DNA of 64,000 bases from Takakia lepidozioides (Eukaryota > Plantae > Bryophyta). Below the pieces are notes generated by a model. That model was not told the DNA's origin and searched no databases. It saw nothing but the letters and a program-made list of their open reading frames with translations. This document shows positions 10,827 to 23,500 of this stretch, one piece after another. Each line of letters opens with the position of its first letter. Positions within the stretch are counted from its first letter, which is position 1. The DNA lies in the NCBI GenBank assembly GCA_030704615.1, contig CM060732.1, positions 55,304,001 to 55,368,000 on the forward strand, in the 5' to 3' direction. The position numbers were made by a program, and so were the translations under genes.

Positions 10827-13800
10827 ATGGAGGACAGCAGTACTCCCAAGAGGGGCCAGGAAAACCACGGTCTTGTGGACCGTGATGAAGTGCCCACGTG
10901 TGCCATGTGCATGGAAGTCCTGGGTACCTATGGAGGGCCTGCTTCCCTGGCCTGTGGCCACAATGGCTGCCTTACATGCCTTCAAAAGGTACATCGACCT
11001 ACCTTCATCTTACTAGATGTGTTTTTAGGGAAAATTTCACATCCAAGCTTCTTTGCCAGACAATTCAATATCCAAATGAGCGCTCAGAAGACCGACATGG
11101 ACTTGAAACATCTGCAATTTTGAAGTACTTTGTCTTCTTCAATATTCAGTGTTTGGTTTTTTTAATCTGCTTTTGTGCTTGATGCACTGTGTTTATGTCC
11201 AATTCCATTCGTCCAAAGAGTGTCAGGATGCATTTTGAATTGATGCGATGAATGCAAAGTAGTGTTGTTAGTTTGTGACATCTCCCGACATGGAGGTGGT
11301 CATTCTGGACTCGCACTTGCTGGTTGGGCCTGACCCAGAGACTCCCAAGGAGCTGTGCAGGAATACTGTTGTACAAGCTCTACAGTCCCTATATCCCGGG
11401 TCTTGATCTTCTATGTGCCACTTGTATGAGTTGTAATGCTCTTGATTACAAATCTGCAGAGTTGAGTTCATGCCTAATCTAACGGGAGGATGGTAATTAC
11501 ATCTCTTATCACTTATTCTCCCATCTTCTCTTCCTTAAGTCTGCCACCAAGAACATGACGAGCAATTAAACTGGATTACCTTAGTTTTCAAGCATCTAAA
11601 GTTTTAGGTTTCCTGGTTATTGTACAGGTTCAGATGCATTCAGCATTGCCCCTATGCCCTCTGTGTCGAACGCCCTTTGATGCTGATCACAATTTGGGCC
11701 TCAATTTGGACCTGAGGGATGCACTTGAGCGTGCACAGGCTGCCTCGTTGGCTGCGCGCTTTGCGGCAGCAGAGTCAGAGCGTCTGGCCTCACAAAGAAA
11801 GTGCCGGCTAGAGGAAGAACAACGAGGACGTGGGCAGTTTCAGTGCGACCCGCCTTGGCCCGAAGAAACAGGACCTTGGATCCCTGTAACATCTATCAAG
11901 GGAGGGAAAGATGGGGGGGGGTTGGCTATGGAGGACGACCGAGGCCAGCAAGGTGAGGAGGATGGAGAGGAGGAGGATGAGAGAGATCGCAGCTCGGATC
12001 TCAGTGTCTGGAATGTTTTGAGGGGAGTTTTTGATATTGTAACAGGGGTCGGTGGTGCTGCACGTGTAGAGTATGATGAGCCAGCATCTGGTTGGCCAGC
12101 AACTCGGGGCATCTCTAACAGGGGATGTACAGGGGTGGAGAGGTACAGTGCCAATTGGAGAAGTAGCTATAGCCACAGCCATAGCCACAGTCCTAGTGCC
12201 CCTCCCCTCTTAACTGGGGCCAGTGGGGACGATGTTCGAGCTGTAAGGGCCCTTCTGGAGGCAGAACCCCCATCTTGGATGCCTGATAGTACTGCTTTCG
12301 CATGCATGCATTGTGCAGCTAGCTTCCGACCAATCACATGTGGCCGTCATCACTGTCGATTTTGCGGAGGCTTGTTCTGCCGGAGGTGCTCGTCGGGGAG
12401 GTGTCTGTTGCCAGTGAGGTTTCGGGAGCACAACCCTCAGAGAGTTTGTGATGTATGCTTTGAGCGTCTGGAGCCCATCCAACGCACTCTTGCAGACCGT
12501 GTCAGCAATGCAGCACATGTGCGTTACCACCATGACATTGTTGTGGCTCCGACCTTTGTTGGATAAGTTTGGTAGGGAAGGGATTCGTTGATTACTGCTT
12601 TCATTACTTTCCAGTTGATATCCATGTGTCACTGTGCAACCGCATGGCAGGTGGCAACACACGATGTCACAGACCTCAGCTGTATGCGGGGGTGGGTTAA
12701 CAGCCCAATTGGACTCTCCATGCAGCAGGAAATCTACAAGGCCACCAACACCGTGCGCAGCTACTGCAAGGTACTTGCCAAGCTGATGTGTTTAGGTGTA
12801 GGGTCAATGCAGTTTATTGTATCCCTGTTGAAAAATTTCTGGCAGACAGTGGCAAGTAGTACAAGTTCCTAGGAGAATTGTTGGTTTGGCCCCTTCTTGT
12901 CCTTTCTCTTCTGTGTCTGTCACTTTGGACCAAGAAGGGTACTGCAGTAAGACTAGGGAGTAGAGCATCATCATTTTCCTCAGAGGATCACATTGACAGG
13001 GTGCTGGGGGTGCAGGTTGGAAGGCTGAAACCAGAGAGGTCGATACCTGACACAGTGCTAAGAGGAGCACGAGGGCTTGCCATTCTCACCATCATGAAAG
13101 CTGGCATGATGGTCACCTATAAAGTCGGCACTGGACTTGTGGTTGCTCGGAGAGCAGATGGCACCTGGTCTGCGCCTTCGGCTATTGCCTCTTGTGGGCT
13201 TGGGTGGGGTGCTCAAGTAAGAAAGCATCACACAGGCCATTTCATCGCTATCTTTTTTCTCTCAACTATAGATTGCCCATGTTCTCATTTGGTTGGAAGA
13301 TCTGATTTGTTTTGTTTGGCTGGCTGGCTGGCTGCTTTGGTACTGTGGTTTTCCCTGGGCAGGCAGGAGGGGAGCTCACAGACTTCATCATCGTACTCAG
13401 CACTGTCAAAGCTGTGAAAGCGTTTGGCGGGCATGTCCATTTCTCAGTGGGCGCTGGCATGAGTGCTGCTGCAGGCCCCATAGGTAGATCTGTTGAGGCT
13501 GATGTTCGTGCAGGTGATGGAGGGGCAGCCGCTTGCTACACTTATAGCTGCAGTAAAGGTGAGATATACTGAGGCATGTCATTTCCATGTTTCCGTGTAC
13601 ATCTCTCCATCTCCTCCACCCTCCTTTTTGCTTACTATATGTGTCCGGCAGCAGAATAGCAGTTGCCTATCCCACTGCTGAAGGTAAACGGCCACCGTAG
13701 CAGTATGGGAAGCATGTGAGAGAGCCATATGGTAATTCTGGGTGTAGGTCATACCACAGTGGTTTGAAGCTGTTGACCAAGTCAATCTTCCCTTTCAACC

Positions 13801-14358
13801 GGCACTCCCAACCCTCTTCTGGCCTCTCTCCCCACGTCTCTGTTGATATGATTAAACAACGTCTTATGAGTACATTCTGTTGATATGATTTCTAGGTAAG
13901 AGAAGCCTGCTCATGAACTATGCAGACGAAACAAGGCTATTACTGTACAATGGGATCAAGTAGGTTATTTCTGAGGAACTTTGCTGTTTGTAGGAGTAGC
14001 CCTTGGCCCTGCACACGCGTGTTAGTTGTAAAGGTTCGGAATCATATCCCTAGGTCAGATCAACCAAAGAAGAAAGCACTCGGATGTCCTCGGTTTGTCA
14101 CAAACTAGTCTAGTCAGTATTGTGAGATTCTTCTGAGAGGCTCACTTTATTATTGGCTTTGCAGGGGCCTTTTTGGGGGTTTCTTTGGAGGGAAATGTCG
14201 TGGCCACACGCTCTGAGACGAATTTGAATTTCTATGGAGACGCATACCTTACGGCAACGGATATTCTGTTGGGCCCTGTGCCTCGCCCACGGGCAGCGGC
14301 ACCCCTTTACAGTGCCTTGCATGATCTCTTTGGAAAAGTTGATTCATCTTTCAACTGA
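10827..14358 (+). CDS. RING-HC + FYVE + SYLF(Ysc84) protein, CFS1/FYVE2-like; exons 10827-10988, 11628-12518, 12651-12770, 13016-13216, 13363-13558, 14165-14358
   Basis: RING CAMC..CGHNGCLTC..CPLC across exons 1-2. PSAPP motif. FYVE WMPD..RHHCRFCG..RVC. SYLF GLVVARRADGTWSAPSAI..GGELTDFIIVL..GVSLEG. All introns are GT-AG with consistent phases. Confidence 0.92.
13839..13890 (+). mobile_element. 22-bp LINE 3'-end insertion with a 15-bp target-site duplication
   Basis: TCTGTTGATATGATT (13839-13853) + AAACAACGTCTTATGAGTACAT + TCTGTTGATATGATT (13876-13890). The insert matches the 3' terminus of the LINE at 37475-37500. Confidence 0.85.
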
Positions 14359-14849
14359 AACTCTCAACATCTTTGAATCCACTATTTGGAGGGGTAGATT
14401 CTCAGATCATGGACTTGTACATATTTCTTCAGATTCCTCCCGGCAAGAACTCTGCTATATGACGGATACCGCCAAACACTGCAGCCATATATGCTCGCCA
14501 GTGGTTGAAAGATCTGTCCCACCCCTCATTGCCTTGCTCTAAGCTGAGCTGCACCATAACATTGTGTAACAAAGTGAATTTTGTTTTGACATCATCTTAT
14601 GTGTTATAATTTTTTTTTTAGTGGGATTTTGAAGTTAGTAGGGTGAATCAATTATCTGAAGGTGTGCCTGCCTTGTACATATGTATATAAGAGCTACTTC
14701 GCATAGGAGCTCAAATCTCAAATGATCATCCTGAATAAACAAGTCACAAACTTTTTCTTAGACTAGCACTAGTGTGACCTGTGCCTTTGAGCACATATTC
14801 AACTGTAAAAGAGAGGTCTTTTGCTATCTTTTACATGGAAAAAACACAT

Positions 14850-16427
14850 ACGATAGCTCTACTTGAAGGAGCATCAGATATTTCCTATTGGATACTTTCT
14901 GTGAGGGAGTTAGTAGATACAAAAGAATGATCAATCAAACGGATCATGGCATTGAATTTCAAAAGTCGTGTACAAAGTACGAGGGTTCCCATGTTGGGTT
15001 TGCATATACATGTAGCCTGACAAAAATGTAACTTGCAAGCGTTAAAATTATTTACATGAATTCATTCTAAAACATGTCCTCAAAGATCACTGTACTTCGC
15101 TTGTAATCCTCAGCAAATGAAGCAACAACCGTCCCGATCCTCAAGATGGATCTGTACAGAACTTAAATATATGATCCGTGGTCACTAGAAGCTGCGGCCG
15201 TAGATGAGATTGAGCTTCTGGTCGACGGATAGTGCAGTTTCTCCGCACATGAAATTTAGCTTCTCGTACTGGAAGGATAGTGCTTCCCTGGAAGAAGAAG
15301 CGTGTGTGGGCTGCATGGAAGTGACAGGATGGGTAGTTTTACCGCAGTGAATTTTGGGTATTGCAACTTGTATGCCTGCATCATCGGCCTGCATGCCCCT
15401 GCGTTTCTTCCGCTGCGTTCCACCCAACGTGAAGGTGAAATTGAGGCAAACTCCACTCTTACACACGCAGCGAGGTTGACCCTTCGATTTATTGTTCCAA
15501 TACAGGAACCGGATCTTATCAGACGCACATCGCGGACACCTGTGGTCACCTGGGTAGTCTGCAAAAGCAATCTGGTTGTCTCCATGATCTCTCTTTCTTT
15601 TCTTCGTTTCTTGATAAGAATTGGCGACGTTGGGATCCAAGTCCCGAAAAACAGCTGAATCCGGTACTTGAGTTTCGTCCACCATTGGCAATTTATCCAT
15701 CAAGTGTGTCTCCAGAAACTGGTCGTTGGCCGTTTTGTGGGGATCCAATTCCCGGAAACCCGCTGAATCCGGTAATTCAGCTTCGTTCACCATTGGCAAT
15801 TTATCCGTAAAGTCATCATCGTCGACCTCTGGTAGAGCATTAAGGAGAGCTAGAATGTCATCATCATCGACCTCTGGTAGAGCATTCATGAGAGCTAGAA
15901 TGTCAATATCTTGATCAGGATGGGCCATTACGTTGCACTCTCTCTCGCAGACGTCTTCGCAGCCCATGCACGCAGGGAACAGGGTGGGCTCCAAGCTTCA
16001 GGGAGGGGGTTTATCCTGACTGCAGGTTGCTTCGTAGAACTTTCACAGTGTTTCCTGTTTGGATGTGTTGTTCCAAATACAGCTCCTGTCCTATTTGTCA
16101 ACCATCTGCGTGGCATCAATACGTGTCAGCTGTCGCTCCCAGGTGTTTCCCTTAAAAAACAAAAAGAACAAATACATGTCACCATCCGACACACGTCTTT
16201 TAATGTGATACTCTTAATTGTTCTTTTTCTAAATTCACCCTGCTGTCCATTTATTGGCTATCTGTTACTTTTTTGTTACATTCGTAACAATTAAATCCAG
16301 GGTGGCGGTGGACTGTAATTCTTGATTTAAAGTATATTGGGCCTGTAAATCAAGTGCCCTAATAATGGATAATGCAGTCAGTATGCATGATTGGGTGGGC
16401 CAGGTTTCTGAAACCGTACCTATAGAA
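14850..16427 (-). repeat. Segmental duplication, arm B (inverted copy of ~645-2230)
   Basis: Reverse complement is near-identical to arm A, apart from indels including one 117-bp repeat unit. Confidence 0.9.
15185..15967 (-). CDS. Acidic-repeat protein with a divergent Dof-like zinc finger, copy 2
   Basis: Almost identical to copy 1 and exactly 39 aa shorter (269 vs 308 aa ORF), i.e. one repeat unit lost in frame. Confidence 0.7.
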   Translation of the reverse strand: MGCEDVCERECNVMAHPDQDIDILALMNALPEVDDDDILALLNALPEVDDDDFTDKLPMVNEAELPDSAGFRELDPHKTANDQFLETHLMDKLPMVDETQVPDSAVFRDLDPNVANSYQETKKRKRDHGDNQIAFADYPGDHRCPRCASDKIRFLYWNNKSKGQPRCVCKSGVCLNFTFTLGGTQRKKRRGMQADDAGIQVAIPKIHCGKTTHPVTSMQPTHASSSREALSFQYEKLNFMCGETALSVDQKLNLIYGRSF

Positions 16428-17501
16428 TGTAAATCAGTTTACCACAGAAACAAATTCAACCCTATGGTGCAAAAAAGAAAAAGTATACATACGTGGCAAA
16501 TATAGAAGAAGGTTGACACAAAAGGTGACACATTTGTGTGTGAGTAATCTTGTGTAGCACAAGTCTCATGGGGTACGCTTCAATGTCGCCCATCAGGATC
16601 GGACCCATCAACGAAACAACTCCACAAAGGAAATGTGTTGAGACAGTTTTGCACCAACACACAGACAGTAGGTACATGTGGGAAGAGTGGATTCCCATCA
16701 CGCTTTTCGCGACGATGCATCACTGTCATGGTCTCTGCAGTGCAGCAACCGCAGGGGTACATCGATCTCGTAATCAAGCAAGGAGCAGAGGGATCGGTCA
16801 CGGGGCTATGGCATCGCTCACAGCAGTGCATCATGCTTTGAGCTGCTCCACACTCATGGGCCCCTGGTGTGCACTGTAGAGGTGAATTATAACATAGTCA
16901 TGGGAGCTGAGATCTGAATGGAAGAAGGTCGGAGGACGGATTGTATAAGCTTTAACACTGCTTTGTAATTAAGCCGAGTTCACGTGCAGAGAAGAACTAG
17001 TACATAGTTGGGTAGCAGTGAGTGAGCAGCGTGTGAAGCAAGACAGAGACTGCAAGGAGAGAGGTAGCGTTGTGGGAGGGAGAGCTTGACGATCAGAGGG
17101 TTGGGTATGGAATGGACGTTAAGCACCCTATTCCTGCTCTACAATAAAACTAGTCTCCAATTTTCATTCATCCCTAGAATTTTTTTGAGGGGGCAAAACA
17201 ATAAGACCCCCCCTACGAAGCAAGGGGGCAGCAAGGGATAGGAGAGACCACCTTGGCAAGCCAAGCAAGACAGACGCTATACCGGAAATTGCAGTTAAAG
17301 AGATGAGTAATCCGATCCACCACAGAACCATGACAAACAATCATGAGAGCCTAAGACTTAGGTGAGGAGCAAAATGAATTTTGTCCTTTTTCAAATGAAA
17401 TCATTTTTGACATTGCAGTTAGTCACCTTTGATTTCTTCATCAAAATAAAAAGAAAGAAAGAAAGAATTATAAAAAATATAGAAGTTATTTGGCCAAATT
17501 G

Positions 17502-20500
17502 CTATGACAACTTCAGCTTCAGTGTTCTTAGGATCCCCAAGGCCCTGTTTGCAACTGCGTCATCTGCAGCTGACCAATCACATGTCAAAATGACTACAGG
17601 TGCACCTCTATCATCACCCCCCGTCCCTCCTTGTGACGAAAACTCCCTAACTACTTTGAGACTTTCAGAGTCAACCAAGCTCTTGGGGTACACCCGAATA
17701 GTTAGTGATTTGCCTCGTATGCTATCCACTAACTCCTCCAAAACTCCCTCCCCAAGCCATTTTACCAACCCCAGATAAACCACGTGAAGAATTGATGATG
17801 GAGTCAATGAATCTGGTCCCAATACTGAGCCCAAACTGATGACTTCTGGCTCCTGACCTTTGCTTCCATTCGAAAGGCTCTCTGCTGGAGTGGATAAATC
17901 AGGGATGGCGTTGATGTCAAGTTTCATGCTGTCCCGAACTCTCCTCTCTGCCTTCTGGACATTATGCTCCAAAATCAGAGGGTCAGTCATAATGTCTGCA
18001 GTTGCTGTAGATTCAAATTCTGGACCTTCCTCAGTAGACTCTTCCAGCACAGGCTCGCGCTCCAAGTCAAGGCTAAGGTGTCGTTGCAAGTCCATGCGAT
18101 ACCGCTTCTTGGATGGCTCCTCAACTTTTTGTTCCTACAAACACATACAACCTGTTCCGTTCAAAATGTACACATTGATGCCATCACACAAGCTCAGCTA
18201 ACGACATCCTCAGTGTGATCTCAAGATGGTCCACAGAAAATCATTTGTACAGAACCTTTCAAAGAAGGTAGAATGGACCTAACTACAAGATCCAGCATTG
18301 AATGGCATGGAAAGGAGCACCATCAAGAAGGAATTACCTCAGCTGTACAAGCTGGAATGCCAACCTCCAAGGCAACTGGGGTTTCTGCAATGCCGCTTTT
18401 GAGTGTCTGTGAGCATCCTGGTGATATTAGTGCATTCACCTCTACTGTACAATCTCCCTCACCTTCACCATCCTGGGCTAGGTAAATTGGACAGAGACAT
18501 GAGAAGCTCATGTTATGGGGCACCATGCCTAAGGTAGATGACACTTCATTAGGATGGATCAATTTAATCCTCGAAGAATCGTCCATAATCACAACCCCTT
18601 CTGCAGTGATCCTTTCTCTCATGTGAGGCAGTTGTGGCTGATGTCCGCTTGTCTGCAACCGATAGGATTGTAGCCGTGCCATAAGCTCTGATTGTTCATC
18701 ATTTTCTGGTGTATGGTCGATAGATATCGACCTTTGGTTGGGCCTGTCCATGTGACCAGTGAGAAATTGCTTAGAAATTCCTACTTTGACTCTGCAGCGG
18801 GAGACGATTTCCACAGTTTCGTGGTTCGCCGGGTCATAACATGGAATCCCTGGGTCCACATTGCAATGAACTCATCAGATAAGACAAACCTAAGGAACTA
18901 CTTTGGTCTCCGCCACATCTGAATCAACCTGTCTCTGTGTACTTGCTTCCAGTTGTCCTACATCTGGCTTGTCCCACTTATCTCTCTAGTGCTGGAACAC
19001 AAGTGGTGCTTTCTCCATATAATGGTAATGCAAGCCTTATATTTAACACTCAATCCATCACCAAATCACATGGGAGCTAGTCTCAGCGAAAAGATAGACC
19101 CTCCTCGCCCTGGATTTAGCTAAATAAATGCCTTAGGATCTTTGTGGGAGTATTGCCTTCACGGGATGTCAAAGCATCGGTTAATTCCTCTCTTGTTGAG
19201 AGGCACTTAACTAGTCCACAGACCATGACATGGTAGGACATTGTCAGATACATTGTCACATGTCAGCATGTCAAAGCAGTCGCCAGAGATCCAAATCCTC
19301 TCTTTCAAAGTATTAGACATTAAATCTAAAAAGAATCCCAAAGTACTGCACAGTCTGAAGGCTACATTATGGACAATACCATGGTATTGATTCATAATGT
19401 CATAGATCTCCATTGGAGTGCCCAAAAAGGTCAACCTACAGTCTGGGTTCCCAAATAGGGTGCTAGTGTAGAGAGCCCAAAGACCAATGCATTCCTGTAC
19501 CAGCAAATTTACCCTCCACACAACATCTCAATTCATTCAGGGTTATGCGTAGACCAGTCTCACCCAAATCTGTGGAGATCTTGTTTTTCAAAATAACCAT
19601 TTTTGGCTTCTCTCCATGAACCAGAACTACGTTGTGCGGTGCCACATGCCTGACAAGGTCCAGAATGCCCTTGGCATCGGTGTGCGCACTGAATGACAGG
19701 TGCTGGACCTGCACTCGGGGAATACGTGAAACATCACCACTACGCCTCTGAAGTAAAGCTAATATGTGGTTTGCATTAGAAGTACCAGAACTGTCGATCT
19801 GCTGCCACAAATTACCTTCTCCCACTACCTCACCTTTAGAGCCACTTCTGACCATTAACAAATCGAGCTTAACTCAATCTTGGCCATCTTCAAGGGCTCA
19901 GCAGATAACAATTAACTTCAAGCAAAGAATGCAAAAATTCTCAGAAAAATGAGCTTGGGAATGGTTACAACAGAAATAGATCAAGCAGTGTCTTGTTATG
20001 AGACCCCTGGTTGAACTCTCAGCACAATGGCTGTCGGCTTCAAAACTCACAGCACGTAGGTCAACCACCCATACACAGTGCAGCTAGAATACAGAGAGAA
20101 GCATTGAAGAACAAACCTGACACCGCACATCTAATTGGGTACGTTTGTCAATGTCGATTTTGGTGGGCTTTCCAGACATTAACTTGTTGCCAACAGTTCC
20201 TGCAACACAATACCTGCTTGCACATGGTCCGAATGAGTAAGGAAGCAGCAACACCGTAAGATAAGGAAATAGCTGGAAGGCAGCAAAGTAATAGAACCCA
20301 TGGCTGGTTAGCACCATGAGCTCCAGTCATACATTTTCACTCTTGCGGTGACCTGTTTCAAAAAGAGAAATGTGACCATAAGCATCAGAAACTTCCTTTG
20401 TTGCACGCCAAAGCCTTGTCGCCAACAGTGATAGGGGAGGAGATAAAGAGGATAGGATAGCAAGTGCCTTTGCTGAACGCTCCATCTAGGAGAACTGACA

Positions 20501-23500
20501 TTTCTTCGTGAAAGGCATTACCACTGTATGGATTAAAATTGAAAGACTCATAGACTTAGCTTTTCTACATCCATCTGGCTTTAGACCATTGCTCCAGGCG
20601 GACAAAGCAAGGGAGAGCAGCAGGAGGCACTGCCATCATGAAGGGCACACTCCAGAAGTAGGATTCCCATGGGAGAGAAGAAGAAACTTAATACGCCCAG
20701 GGAGGCCCACGGCCCACAGTCACAGTAGAATAACATATAACAAAGAACGATCAAAACCCTAGACATTGGCCAGAGACGAAACAGAAAGAAGAATTGTAAT
20801 GAAATGGGACTTTATAACATCCGCAGAAAGCTCAAAGAGACAAGAAAAGCAAGAAACAAGAAACTATAAAAAGACAGAGTGAAGCCAGAAGGAGCCCAAA
20901 AGAAATTTTCTCATGTCCACAAGGGAAAGGCTCACACCCTGGCAATATTATCATGTTGGCCTCTGAGGGTGCCCAGTGCTTGAACACTTCCAGGGAAAGG
21001 CCCCCACTAAGCATTCCAGGAGTGGCAAACAGAACACACGGCCCTGGGGCATCGATTTGAGAGCGATCAAATGGAGCAACTGCCACCATATTCACAACAT
21101 GTCAGGAACAACAAATATGTCTAGGGCCAAATGCATCCATGAGACTAGACTAAAGTGTAAACTGCAAACTGATATTCAAAAACAGGCCATCTGATGTCAT
21201 TTAACTGCGCACTGGAAGCAGGCCAGCACACTATGCCACCATGCATTAAACTGCAACACTAGTCAGTATGGGTGTCAAGGTCCCCACTGTCATTTACCAT
21301 GTTTAAAGTCAAATGTGTTACGGGTGACATATGTGTCTTTGACCTTCTGATTGGTCCAGCTGATTAGCAGCTTGTAGTACACGTTTGCCTGCATAGTTAA
21401 ACCTGTAACACCCAGAGTAATGTTAGTGCAGAACCACACTCCTATTGCTCAAAGAGCTTATGGGACAAGAGACAGCAGGAAACAAAGAGAGAGTGGGCCC
21501 CTCAACAAGCAGCTCAAAAACAACTACTGATCAAAGGCTTGTCTAAGATGTAACGTCTCATGCAGATATGCTGCCAAGCAGTTCTGATCCTACGATAAAC
21601 GAGCGCAAGTTGAGAACCACTGGACCCTCTGTAAGAGATTGACATTGCAATAAGTACAGTATCTCCCATGGATCTCATAGTAGAGAGGACAGTGAAAGAA
21701 GAATATGTTCCTTGGTTTCTATCTCCCTGCTGTCATCTCTAGCGCAAGCTGTCAGCATACTGAAGGTTGTCCTATCTACCAGTCTCTGTCTGCAGATTGT
21801 GGGAGCCCACCCTAAACCTTCCGAAAGAATGTACTCATAAGACATTGTTTGCCGTAGTCTAAACCCGGGTCGTTCAAAGAATTAAGAGGTCTTGAAACCA
21901 GCGATTTTGAGTGTCATAGAGGTCGCGAGGGCCCAGGCTGGCAGCCATTTTGGTGGTAGGGCTTGCGACCCGTCAGGACTAGTTGGAAGATGGCTCTGAT
22001 CTCAAGAGTACACAAGCTAATTCAGCATATAAAATCTGTGATGATGTAGTATCTTAGCCCAAAGCATTCCTTGGAGGAAAGACGATTGCAGGGGTTCCAG
22101 ATTTTCTCCCACCCTGGAACAGGCACCCCAGGGAACCAAAACTAGCAGCCATAAATGGCAGCAGGAGTGACAACTGCGTCAAAGAGTGATTTTTTCCTGG
22201 GGGTGGGGTGGGGCGGGGGCAGATGGTTTTGTTTGCATTAGCTTTACCTAGAGAAGCAGCAAGATGGCCTTTCTATCCGTTAGTAGCAGTCGATGCAAAC
22301 TGATTTGAGTGTGTGAATAAGCAGACCCAGATATGAGTGTCAATTGCTTGCTGGTTGAAGAGGAGTCTCCAATCAGCATGGCCATTGAAAAACATGATCT
22401 TGATTTACGAAGATCAAAAATTTCTTAGGTCCACAGGAAGGCCAAAGGGACAGGGGGAAGAAACAGAACCAATATTGAAACAAAACAAGGAGTTACTCAA
22501 GGGTGGCACGAAGGTAGAATGTCTCTTGGAGGGCAGCTGCAAATAAAGGCACTTCAGGCCCTCAGAGCTACAGGTGTCTGCCAGAACCTCGACCAAGGAC
22601 CTAATTGAGGGGGAGAGAGAGAGGCAAGAGAGAGAGCCTACCTGCCGAGAAGTAAATAGGGGCTTTCAGATTCATGCGTTCCCAGTACTCATCCAGGAGG
22701 ATGCACAATTCCTGAACCCCCAATCCCACCCCAGCCTTCTGTTACTATTACCCTCCTTTTCAGAGAAGTGCTCTATTGACCCTAGCTGTGCTGGTTGCTC
22801 CTGTGAGTACTAGCTGGCATTTTGAAGGCTATGGGGAATATTTCAAAGGCTTCTGAAATCATGCAGACGATATCATGTCCATCCTTCATCCACTTAAGAC
22901 AACTGTTATGCAGTCAAGGCCACCAGAAACCCCACATGGCTGGGATGACTTTCTGAAATGTGTTGACTCAATGTCCAAACCCAGCATAAAGTGAGAGAAG
23001 AAAGAAAGAAACAGAAAACTTGATAACATCCACAAAGGGCCATGATGGTCCATGGGACAAGAGGGGAGAAGAAATAATAAATAACGCAAGAAGTACCATT
23101 CCAGGATGATACTGATATATGTCAAACCAATAAAGTACCTGAGCCCTTCCAAGAGCAAAAACAGGGATGAGCACCTTGCCCCCTGCAGCTACACATGTGT
23201 GAACCTGCACATTGAAACACTAGGTCAGCATATTTGCCACACTGTAACACATTCCACATTGTACAGGGTTGACAACCAGGTTGGAAGTATGACATGTAAT
23301 TCTTAGTAGATGGTAGCAAAGATTATGAGAAATGATTACTGTCTTACTTCCATTTCAGGAATTGATGCAAAAGTAACTTACTGCTTTCAAAAAGTCGCGT
23401 TCACGGGCTCGCTTGGAATCACGCACAGTGGTCGCATATGTTGATCTGCAGTAATTTTGGCAAGAGGTATATATGCGTTAGTAGTCAGGAGCACCACCCA

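Noticed and set aside
645-16427. Giant transposon with 1.5-kb TIRs capturing the PPR and FYVE genes
   Set aside because: No TSD or TIR-type terminal motif at the outer ends, which are the most diverged parts. An inverted gene duplication is simpler.
16550-17270. Solo LTR or small gene between Dof copy 2 and CPSF73-II
   Set aside because: TATA- and AATAAA-like motifs are present, but there are no TG..CA ends with a TSD, no second copy and no recognisable protein.
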